DNA from: Oikopleura dioica | Lineage: Eukaryota > Animalia > Chordata | Direction of reading: 5' to 3' | DNA: 64,000 nt | Assembly: GCA_907165135.1 (NCBI GenBank) | Contig: OU015566.1 | Location: 6,200,001 to 6,264,000, forward strand | In this document: positions 12,333 through 22,507 of the stretch, one piece after another | Layout of the letters: each line of letters begins with the position of its first letter | Numbering within the stretch: the stretch's first letter is position 1 | The notes under the pieces: generated by a model | What the model saw: only the letters and a program-made list of their open reading frames with translations | Database searches by the model: none | Told to the model about the DNA's origin: nothing | Made by a program: the position numbers and the translations under genes

Positions 12333-13466
12333 CAGGGTTCGAAATGTAGCAATATATTGCTGCTACATGCTACACGTGCTACATCCCTCAAAAAAAGTCC
12401 CTGCTACATGCTACATGTGCTACATTCCCCTTAAAAAACCGCTGCTACATGCTACACTTGCTACATAAAATTATGCCGGTCTGCTACCATTTTCGATTAG
12501 ATCTCAATAATATATGAATTTTTTTATGTTTTTCAATTTCTTAAAGTCAAACTAGATAGAAATTAAGCTAAATATCATCATTTTCTATCAAAAGATACAT
12601 TAAGGGTATAGTCATCGCTCTTTGGCAAGTCTCAAATTTTTAATCTGAGTGCATTTTTAGAATCCTCATGAAATTCTGAACAAAAAAGTCCTTCTGACCT
12701 TTATCTCTATCTCAACCAGTTTTTCGGAAAACGCGACAGAAAATAGCGAAATTTAATGCATTTCGCCCAAAAGCCAAATTTTGGCCATCTTTAGAAACTT
12801 CAGAAAGGCTTCATATGACACATTTTTAGAAAGCTTATGCTCAGGGCTTCAAACTGGTAAAAAACGGTTGAGTTTGGGCAGTGCCCTCAGGGCAATTAAG
12901 GAGGTTATTTAGGTCAAAATTAAGTACAATCGATTTTCGAAAATTTTTATAAGAAAAAATTTAGTAATTGAAAAAAGCTCTTGTTAATTTTTAGATAAGG
13001 GTCTCATCTTCATAATCCACGCAAAAAAAATCTGGACCTTATTGAAAACTTCCGAGGAGTTCGGCCGTTTATATAGCCTATTTTGGCCGAGATGCCAACT
13101 TTAAGGAGTTGTCACGTGGTAAAAATGATGGAATTTCAAAAAAAGCTCTTGTCAATAGTAAGATCTAAGATAGATCTTTAATTCTAGCCATTTAGGCTAT
13201 TTTTACTACTTATAGGTGCTGAGGAGTACGAGCTCAAAGTAGGCCTGAGCGATTACTATACCCTTAAAATATATTTGCTATGAATAAATCGTCTTTTTTG
13301 ATAATAAAAATCCTCACCTCCTGAAAAATGTAGCAATGTAGCAAGCTACACTTCGCTACACGCTTTTTGAACGCTGCTACATGCTACACCTGCTACATCA
13401 ACATGTAGCAAAAATGTAGCAATTGCTACATTGCTACATTACTACACTGCTACATTTTGAACCCTG
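12333..13466. mobile_element. hAT-like MITE with GCTACAT subterminal repeats
   Basis: 8-bp TSD GTCTTTAG (12325-12332, 13467-13474); TIR CAGGGTTC(G/A)AAATGTAGCA. Confidence 0.85.
12604..13263. mobile_element. TTAA-flanked MITE nested inside the hAT-like element
   Basis: TTAA-GGGTATAGTCATCGCTC ... GAGCGATTACTATACCC-TTAA. Confidence 0.8.
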
Positions 13467-13680
13467 GTCTTTAGCCCCCAACTGAGAGAATTCCTTTGCG
13501 GCTTCTTTCCGGTTTGCGCGCAAAGATAAACGAAAAGCCATTTTTCAGTCTATTTTCAATAAAAACATTCTTATCTGGGTGGCTTCCTGTTCAAAAGCTA
13601 TATAATCTTCGCATATCTACTCCACAAATTTAAAAATATACTGAGAAAACTGACCGTTTTGAGGTTGACTTTTTGTGGAG

Positions 13681-14921
13681 ATGAGTGCTACTGAAACTCG
13701 AGCCAAGTAAGCCAGATAATTTTTGATAAAAAACATATTTTAATCACGTTTTAAGTTTTGAGATTGAAACGTCTGAAGTCCCGACTGATGATAATGAACA
13801 CGAGAACCTTCCGGATATTTCTGAAGTGATCGAATTCTTTGGGCTCGACGAAGCAGCTTTGCGAGCCGGACAAGAGGCTTGCTTAGATCGACACAATGAG
13901 AAGCGCGCGCTTCACCAAAGTACCAAAGACATGAAGGTATAAAGATTTTATCTTGTTATCATGATAAAAACCCCCTTTTCAGTGCCTTTCAATAAGAAAA
14001 AGTATTAAGGACACCCCGTCGGCTTTTTCCTTCGAAAAATGGAAATTTTTAAAAACACCATATTTTTGGTTCTTAACGCGTCTGGAAGTTAAATTTGCTT
14101 CAAAAAATTGATAAGAGGCATTTTTGACAAAGAAAAATCAATATTTTTGCCAAAATTAGGGCAAATTCGTCCATTTAGGTCGAAAAGTCCAATTTTCTGA
14201 AAATTCATATCATCATAAATCATATTTGACACAAATTGACAAACATGATTTTGAGGGTGTTAGAGTTGAGATAGACCCCCAAAAAAAGAAGCCTCAAATA
14301 CGAATCCATTTCCGAGGTCAAAATTTAAAATTCTGAAATTTGATTTTTCGAAAAAAGCTGACGGGGGGAGGGCAATATAAGCACTGTTACCTTCGGTTGT
14401 GTGATGAAGTTTTTTTTAGCTCGACAAAAATTTGACTGACGACGCGCAAAAATGGGCCGAAAAAATCGCTCGCGGCGATGCGACCGGATACGATCCAGAC
14501 ACGTGAGAATTAATTTACAAATTCAACTTGCCTATCACTTTTTTTAAGAATCTGTGGCGAAAACATTTCAATCATTCCCTTTGAGAGCGAATTGCCTTAC
14601 TTGACTCAAGGAGACTACGTTGGTGTCGCACGATTCGCCGTCGACACCTGGTACAACCAGGTCAGCAATTACGACTTTCCGCAGCATACAAAGAAGAATC
14701 CGAACGGCATCACCGTCTCCAGCTTTGTCCAAACAATCTGGAAAATTTCAACGTATTTGGGCGTCGGAATCGCCCTCAAACCTGATGGATCAGAAGTCGT
14801 CGGTAGGAACTTTTCGAAAAACTCGCGGATAATTTAGCCGTTTTAAGTTGTTTGCCGATACTTACAAAAGGGCAATATCGAAGGCAATCGACCTCAGCAA
14901 GTCGGACAATTGAAACAATAA
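13681..14921 (+). CDS. CAP/SCP protein, copy C (close paralog of A)
   Basis: AGQEACLDRHNEKRALH, AQKWAEKIA, CGENI, SSFVQTIWK, VVCRYLQKGNIEGNRPQQVGQLKQ*; exon phases join in frame. Confidence 0.85.
14009..14372. mobile_element. MITE of the GGACCCCCGTCAGC family in CAP-C intron
   Basis: TTAA-GGACACCCCGTCGGCT ... AGCTGACGGGGGGAG; internal sequence similar to 35963-36292. Confidence 0.65.
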
Positions 14922-14984
14922 GAATAATGAATAAGAAAAATATAATGAAAAAAGAATATTTTAATGTTTGTTATTTCTTTGCAT

Positions 14985-15243
14985 CTGAGGTCGGCACCGA
15001 CCCGACCTGGTCGGAAATGATCGGGTTAATATGAGCACCGATCGACCCGACCATGGATTTTTTTTTCTTGATTTGGTCGGTGGTCGGGGTTGGTCAGTGC
15101 GTGGTCGGTTTTGTCAGTTTCTTTGAGTATTTTGGTCGGGTTAGTCGGATTTTGGTCGGTTTAAGCCTACCACAAGACCGACCAAACCGACCACGAATTC
15201 GGCAAAACCGACGATGATAAATGGTGGTCGGTGCCGCCCCTAG
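14985..15243. mobile_element. hAT-like MITE with CGACC subterminal repeats
   Basis: TSD CTTTGCAT/CTTTGCGT (8 bp, 1 mismatch); imperfect TIR ...GGCACCGACC. Confidence 0.65.
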
Positions 15244-15713
15244 CTTTGCGTATTGACAATACGGTATTGTTCATGAATCGTTTATTGATATCGTAAAGTT
15301 GACGAGCATTCCAGTAAACTCAAAATTCTCTCTAGTCCTGCGGATCTCTAGTTGTAGTGGTCGAGAAGAGTCGAAGACAAGGAAGAGGGAATTTCCCAAA
15401 AAGTTGTTTTATTCTTTTTCTGATTCTACAAGATGGCCTTGGTAATGAGGATATTCATTTATGAGATTCATGAGCAGATGCTCATGCACGAGCATGTAGC
15501 TATTGTAAGGTGTAATTACGCGCACGGCGCTAGAATTGGTTACGAATGTAGAATGAGCAGAATCGCAAATGAGATTACTGGTCATCCCTCCCTCTCATAA
15601 AAATTTTAAAGCAAACACGTGTACGATAAATAATAACAGCGATTCTAGAGCATAAAAACAGAGTGGAAAAACAGAAATTCATCAAATTCGCAAAAACACT
15701 TTTTTGACAAGCA

Positions 15714-16210
15714 ATGAGCGACAGCGATTCTTCAAGTTGTTTTTCGGATTTTGCGCCAGAGATTTCCAGATCATCGACGGAGGACTCGACCAAGCCGCGG
15801 CCATTGAATTCGACAGCTGCTCATCGACGGTTCGAAGTTCGTGATGTTTTCAGAGAGGCTAGTCAAGCGATTTTTTGGGTGGCGGACCTGGCCAATCATT
15901 ATCCGGAAGTCTGGTTTTACGGCGGTTACATCAGTTATAGGCAAATCGGAAGCATCCCGAAAATTACGAGCTGACCATTTGCACTGACGCTCAGATTGCG
16001 TTTGAAGGGAAGACAATGCGCTGCGTCGCCAAATGTCCAGACCGAGACCGGACATGGTTGGTTGCTTGTGAAGGGAGTTACGGTTTCGCTGAAATGGAAG
16101 AGGGAGCGCCAGTCACTTTCCAGCAGCGAACAGCAGTGCCAGTTCTGGACATGATCAATGGTCCTCATCCGGCGCCACAATACAACACATACTTCTTTTA
16201 TGATTTTTGA
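15714..16210 (+). CDS. Hypothetical protein, probably two exons
   Basis: Two adjacent ORFs in different frames can be joined by a short GT..TTATAG intron near 15880-15939; no recognisable domain. Confidence 0.35.
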
Positions 16211-16249
16211 TTATGATTTACTGGAATAACGAGTATTTAATAGATAATC

Positions 16250-19200
16250 TCGTTTATTGCAGAAGCTTTTCGCCTTTCGGCATCATCAGTGCTACAGGAA
16301 GTTAGAAAACATACAGAAAACAAAAAAGCAGTTACCTTTAGAGATGCAAAGTTGTATCTGACAAAACCACGAAAACAAACACCGAAATCCCTTCTATTCT
16401 AGAGAATTTTTCCTTTAAAAACAATAACAAGCGCAAAGATGTTGACAATGAGACAGGGGCAACCGTTGAGGCCCATAATCGTTTATTGCTTATCTGTAGG
16501 AATGGTTAGTGCAGATAGTGCGGATAATACAGAGAATACAGCCAGCATGATTATATCTTGGGAATATACGCGTGAGTGAACTTCATCTCCGAAATGTGAA
16601 CTGGCTTGCCGTAAGGAACATGAACTTAAATTACATAAGGGCTTGCTAATAACGAGCTTCGATACCAGAAGAAGAAGGCGCGTTCATTCGGTAGAATCTC
16701 CTGTCTAACGATCGGCTCGCCAGTTGAGGCGAATAATCCGGCTCCTAAGGAGGGTTAAAATGAGGATAAATAAAAAATGGTCTTACGATAGCTCTTGTTC
16801 TGTAAGGTGATTGGAGGGTGAGGTATTCAGACCGGATCAGCTCTTGGTAGATCGCTTCTCGATGCAGGCGTCGTCTAAATATATTTTTCTAGCGTTATGC
16901 AATTGTTTTCAATGATAATATAAATTTCATTTTCGACCTTGTCTCTAGAACCAAAGTTGTTGTGAGGACGAAAATTTTCAATATTCTCAGTCTACGGATT
17001 TTTTTAAGTCCGACCAAGCAAAAAGAGGAGGTGTGTCGATTATTTTTATGAAGGCGGAATTTGTGTAACGCAGTTTTAGGAGCACAGCGAACTCGTCATC
17101 GGTGAATTCAAAGCGAAAAGGGATCCAAGAGGTGGATACCTTGACGACGGGAGGATGAAATGGATCGCAAAAACGCCTACCTCGAACGCGATATTGCCCA
17201 AAAAAGCAATAAAAACCTATCTTTTCAAATGCCTTTGTTAAATGTCTTTTTCTTGGCAGGTCCGAAAGGCGGTCCGAAAGGTTCTTTTTTGACAGTTGAG
17301 ATTTCGAAAGTGATTTACCTGAGTTCCTCTTCGAGTTGCCTTTTACGCTCACGGTAGAGAATAAGTTTGATTTCTAAATAATTTATCAGTGCGGCTTTTA
17401 AGATCTGAACTTACCGCCGTTTTCAAGTACGCTTTCGTGAATTTTTGATTTTTGGACTTCGCTGCTCATAGTTCAATAGAATTCTTGGCCGCTATTCTGA
17501 GTAGTGAAAAGAACCTTATTTGCGGTTATGAGGATGGAGCTTCTTTTGAACTTGTCCTGATGCTCAGCGGTCGAGGGATGATTTCGGGAGAGGAAGGTAG
17601 CGAAAAATCGGAAGTATTTTCGTTGTAAAAAGAAGTCCCATGAAGAATGCTGGCTTGCTTCTGTAGTGGAGGATTTCTGAAAAGGCGGTAATTAGATGCT
17701 TTTGCAATAAAAACTAAGATGCCAACACTGCCAAAGTCGGTAGGGCCTACCGGGTTGTCAGTAAGGGGCAGATGTCCCCTATGTAGAGAGGGGCTATCAA
17801 TGATAGCCTATCATTCGAGACTATGATTCGAGCCATCCAATATCTCTAGGATCCGAGCTAGTGGTTAGGATTAGGGACTGGTGACTCTTAAGGGGGGTCC
17901 GGGGGCGAAGCTCCCTGGTTAAGACCTTAGGTGGGGAGGCGGGGGAGGTCCTGGGGCGTAGCCCCTGGGTAGGTTTAGGTTTAGGGGCAGCTAGAATGAT
18001 AATCCCCTACTACTGTCCCCCAGTAAATCATAGCCTATGAATCATAGCCCACTATACAGGCATCCCACTCAAGGACATCCAATCCCACTTCTAGTTTAGA
18101 GTCTAAAGTCTTTAGACTGGAGGCACTAGAGCAAGAACATACTTCTTCCTGGAAGATCTTGATGACTTTGTAGGAGACTCTTCGACAGATGTAACAGGAC
18201 TAACTGACTTTAGAACTTCTTCTTTTTTGACTTTTGGATCAATTTTCTTGATAAAATCATCGGGGCAGTCCTTGAAAACGAGATTTGTAACGGCCCGTCT
18301 GGCGACTGGATCCTCAGTTCTTGGGTCAAGCGTCTTCACTTCTACAGGAGCAATGAATTTCGAGTTTCTAAAGGAGATATTCTCAATTGATAGAGAAGAG
18401 CTGTAACAACCTGTAATTTGCTTCCAAATCTCCATCTGGTGATTTTTTCATCGAATTCGACAAGCTCGCAGCTTTATTCGACACGATTTCTGCCAAATTC
18501 TGCGGCTTCTGACAACACAGCCAGGTTAATCCGCCCGTAAAGAGGACCATTCCAGTGCCACTAAAAGCACAGGTTATTTTGATTGAGTGTGTTGACGCGT
18601 CAAATACGGTTTTGAGTCACTTAAGAAAATGAACATGGCGCTACTTACCAAATGCTCATCCCCAAGATGAGCCCAAAGAGGCCAGTTTCTGCATCATCAT
18701 CGATAAACTCGAGGGTTATTGCTATGCTGCCAGAAATAAACATCACGATGCCGATTATCTATAAACAGTTGATTCTCTTCCTTGATTTCAAAAAGCGCCA
18801 AATTCTTACCACTGTGCAAATTGACGGTCTCTGGTGCATCTTTATCTTTGCTTTTTTGAGCCGCTCTGAAGATGAGAGTAAGTAGAGACCATAATGGCTT
18901 GTTAAATTATGCTGATGATGTTAGTTACTGCGCTTTTCTAATTGAGTCGAAAATAGAAAAAAGCAACTGTATGTTGATTGTAACAAAACAGGTCGATAGG
19001 AAAGGTATTGAGAGAAGCGATGATGATAATGATCATTAATAATTTATATTGCGTAAAGGATAGTCTTGATTTGGAAGGGTTGCCGTCATTTAGACCTACT
19101 CTTACTTTAAGGGGGTTGATATCAAGAATTTGATTTCCTGTCAGTGTTTTCCCGAATTAACAAAGTCTTCTTAACAAAAGTGATCTTAACAAAGTGACTC

Positions 19201-19621
19201 CCTTATTTTTTCTGCTCAAGATTTATTTCAATCAACTATCTATGGAAGCCAAAAATTAGACTTCTTGAGCTTTCGAGGTGCTACAATGCAAATCGAGCAC
19301 CTCCGATTGTCGCCAAAATGACCATTTTAGGAAAGTTAGCGATCTTTGACGAAAAATTTTGTGAAAAATTTTTTTGAAAGTCGAAATTTCGGCTTCATAG
19401 GAAATAGAAAAAGCTCTAAATTCTTGTTTTCAAAGTTAATTAAAGGTGTTACTACTTTAACTTTTGGAGAAAAGTCTGGCAGAAAATCCTAATTCTTGAT
19501 ATCTACCCCCTTAAATGCTGAGTAATAAAATACCAGAACTAGCCGAAGTTACCTCTTCTTTTTGCTTCTCTTTCTCTAGCTCGCTCTTTCCGTCCTTGTT
19601 GCTGCGTCTTGGCAAATACAT
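16250..19621 (-). CDS. Fragmentary multi-exon gene(s) encoding hydrophobic/membrane segments, possibly degenerate
   Basis: ATG exon MYLPRRSNKDGKSELEKEKQKEE|GT at 19621; exon-like pieces IIGIVMFISGSIAITLEF..GLFGLILGMSIW, ORF 18112-18435, MLAVFSVLSALSAL; no full model could be built. Confidence 0.3.
17806..18030 (+). mobile_element. TTAGGG-rich short element
   Basis: TATCATTCGAGACTATGATTCGAGCCATCC ... TTAGGGGCAGCTAGAATGATAATCCCCTACTAC. Confidence 0.55.
19111..19510. mobile_element. MITE, TTAA TSD, 20-bp TIR
   Basis: TTAA-GGGGGTTGATATCAAGAATT ... AATTCTTGATATCTACCCCC-TTAA. Confidence 0.85.
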
Positions 19622-20676
19622 GGTTGATTAGCTATCCAGCGAGTCACTCAGTAGCTGTTTTTACTAATTAATAAATTCGTTAATTAAGACTCTAGCGAAA
19701 AGTAGGCCGCGCAAATCATTAGGGCGCTAGTCTATTACTCGATTGGATTAAAATAGACCCTCCAACGAGTCGCTTTATTGATGCAAAATTACAAATATTA
19801 ATGCGCTTCAAAGATTTTCTCAATAAGAGAGTGGTTCAATACACCGAAAGGAGGAAACGCCCTGTCAACGTAGAATTAAAAATGAGTCCTCCATGATTCC
19901 AAGTGATACAGCGCTCTTTTTTGATAAAAATATATTCATAATTTTTTAAGTTTTGAAGTTGAGCGACCCAATATCGAAAGCTTTAACGGGCTGGGTGGAA
20001 TTTCTCTTTATTTGAAGATTTTACGCCTTATATTTGAGGGTATGGTACGCGCACAGGGTCAAGTCTCAGAATCGGTTTTTGACCATATATTCTGAATCCC
20101 CATGAAATTCTGAGTGTAGAAAGATGTGTCAAAATCTCTTCTGATTAGACTTTAGCGTTATTGATTTTTTGGAATCTGATTGGATGATCCGCCGAATCCA
20201 GATATCTTATTGGTCTTTAATTTGACCCAAGTTTCAGTAAAAATTGTCGCATTTTTTCCCTTTCTGAATCAAAATTCTTTATTAAAAAAAAAGTTAAAGT
20301 AATTAACTTTTAAAAACTCGATCTTATTGAAAACATAACTTATAAATAATTTGTCGAATTCTTACCAAAAAGCCATATTTTGTCTCTGTTTCAATAATCG
20401 TTATTCTATTCTCAAGTCTGAGCGGAGCGTAATGTTTTGAATTGATTTATTAAAAATGCATCTGAATCGGTGCAGAATGATGATCTCCGCACGCTCTGCC
20501 GTCTCGCCTCATCGCAACCCACGGCAAAGCTCATCCCCCTTTTTTCAAGAAAGCGGATTAACGTCCTGTCACTGCCAGTCCGTCTCAGAAGGCTATTTTT
20601 GTCCGTCTATTTGCGACGCCTTTATTATTGAAAAAAAAATTAGACCGTCCGACTTATTTTTAATAAAGGGCGAAAA

Positions 20677-21088
20677 TGTAGTGTTTCTCATTAGTCATCC
20701 GCCACTTGAGTTCACCGCGCTGCGCCGCGCGCAGTTCACGACCCGCGAAGCGCTATTCACGACTCGCGAAGCGCATTTCACCACGCGCAAACGCTCCGCC
20801 GCAAACCGCGAAAGCACAGTTCACCACGGACTAGGATCAACTCACGACTCACGAAAAAGTCACTCACCACGATCTAACAGCTCACCACGGTTTATGAAAA
20901 CCATATATAAACGATCTTATTTCTCACTGACACAGTTCACACACACACAACTCTACTTTTTACTCAGAGACACCACAATAAAACTTGCTCTTTTTAACAA
21001 CGTTCGTCGCTCACTATTTGTATTCCCGCTCGCGAATACGATAAACGCAATTAGTTATCCAACTTATGTACTGTGAGAAACACGTACA
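20677..21088 (+). repeat. 5' LTR
   Basis: Direct repeat of 27543-27954; TATATAA 20904-20910, AATAAA 20977-20982. Confidence 0.97.
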
Positions 21089-21093
21089 TATTT

Positions 21094-21110
21094 TGGTGAC
21101 TGAAGAAAAC
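21094..21110 (+). promoter_or_regulatory. Candidate primer-binding site TGGTGACTGAAGAAAAC
   Basis: TGG 5 nt after the LTR end; primer RNA not identified. Confidence 0.5.
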
Positions 21111-21238
21111 GGAACTACAATCCAGCTAGAGACAGAGAATTCCTGCTGAAATTATCCTGACGCTCTACAGACCGTGGTTATCGAAGAACTGACTCAAGTT
21201 ACTACAGGTTAGTCCATTTGCTCCATTTTAACGGTGTC

Positions 21239-22507
21239 ATGGGAGAACTTTATTATAAGTTCGTAGTCGATTTGACTGCGAAAGAAATTATGCTTATCTA
21301 TGACGAAAATCCGAGGCGAAAATATCCGCTCCCTATTCCTCGATTTGACAAGTCTGGATGTGTCCTGAATTTGCTCGATATTCAGCCTGACTTGTTCGAT
21401 ACTATGGATAAGAAATATTTCTTTCGAAAAACGGGTCAAAAACTCGAATATGATCCCGATTTCGATGTGAACAACATTCAAGAAGCAGTTCAGAAGACTG
21501 CCCGGGCGGATCATAAAATTGATATAGCTAAAATCAACGAAATCGTTGTTGTAGATAACCTGAACTCAATTTTTGCTCGAATTGAGGAGTCTGAAAAGAA
21601 GGAAACAAAGTTCCAACCACCACCCTCTGACTCTAAACCAGCTGGTTCTGCTCCAAAAACCGGAAATGCTCCTAAACCAGATCCTGCTCAGAAAAAGAAG
21701 GAAGCATCACCGGATCGATCAAAGCCCTTTGGACAAATAAAAATGAAAACCCCGAAGTTCGACTCGCAACTACCAGTTGAAAATTGGATCGTCAACATGG
21801 AACTCTATGGAAATTGCTCTAAAATTTCAGATGCAGATCTTATAAGCGTCGCTCTATCTCAAATTCTTATGGAAGAAAGTGGAACCTCTTTGATTGAAGC
21901 CATTACAGAAGAAGAGAAGAAGAACTGGGAAAGTTTCAAAACAAAGCTCATCCAAGTTCTCGGCAAAGATAAAGAACACTTTAAATATCTCTACACTTCG
22001 TTCCAGAGAGGCCAAGAGACTCAGCAAATGGCAGTTACGAAGCTTCAAGCATACTTCAAAAAGGGATACGGAAAGCTGGTACTTGACGCTGCAGATGAGT
22101 CAATTATTTGTGACCGATTTATCGAATGCCAGGATCCGCGACTTGCCGAATTGCTACGACGAGAAAAATCTCTGCTCAATCTTCAAAATATCGCTCAACG
22201 TGCTATGGAACTAGAACGTAGCTTCTACAAACGAGAAAATATCTTCGCAGCTGAATGCCTAAATAATGAAAAAGAATCTGAAATGGCTCAGCTCTGCTCT
22301 ACGCTCAAAGAAATGATCGCTACCGCCAAAGAACCTGCAAAGGAGAAAAAACGAAAACCAAGAGCGAGAATCCCTACTGACAAGCTCCAAGGACACTGCA
22401 TCGCCTTTGTTCGAAATGGTCGATGCCGATTTGGCGAAAAATGCAAATACCTCCACTCAGAAACAGTTCCAGAAGAAGTCGAGAAGATCATCAAGAAAGA
22501 GGCATGA
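21239..22507 (+). CDS. gag: Gag with C-terminal CCCH zinc finger
   Basis: 422-aa ORF from the first ATG; capsid-like KFDSQLPVENWI region; CIAFVRNGRCRFGEKCKYLH. Confidence 0.9.
   Translation: MGELYYKFVVDLTAKEIMLIYDENPRRKYPLPIPRFDKSGCVLNLLDIQPDLFDTMDKKYFFRKTGQKLEYDPDFDVNNIQEAVQKTARADHKIDIAKINEIVVVDNLNSIFARIEESEKKETKFQPPPSDSKPAGSAPKTGNAPKPDPAQKKKEASPDRSKPFGQIKMKTPKFDSQLPVENWIVNMELYGNCSKISDADLISVALSQILMEESGTSLIEAITEEEKKNWESFKTKLIQVLGKDKEHFKYLYTSFQRGQETQQMAVTKLQAYFKKGYGKLVLDAADESIICDRFIECQDPRLAELLRREKSLLNLQNIAQRAMELERSFYKRENIFAAECLNNEKESEMAQLCSTLKEMIATAKEPAKEKKRKPRARIPTDKLQGHCIAFVRNGRCRFGEKCKYLHSETVPEEVEKIIKKEA

Noticed and set aside
10850-13450. GCTCA and GCTACAT arrays as CRISPR or satellite DNA
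   Set aside because: No unique spacers; they are subterminal repeats inside TSD-bounded MITEs in a eukaryotic genome
20456-21076. 206-aa ORF (and 193-aa ORF 27361-27942) running through the LTR
   Set aside because: The shared part is just the LTR sequence, the N-termini come from unrelated flanks, starts are weak and the repeats are U3 DNA motifs; no evidence of coding function
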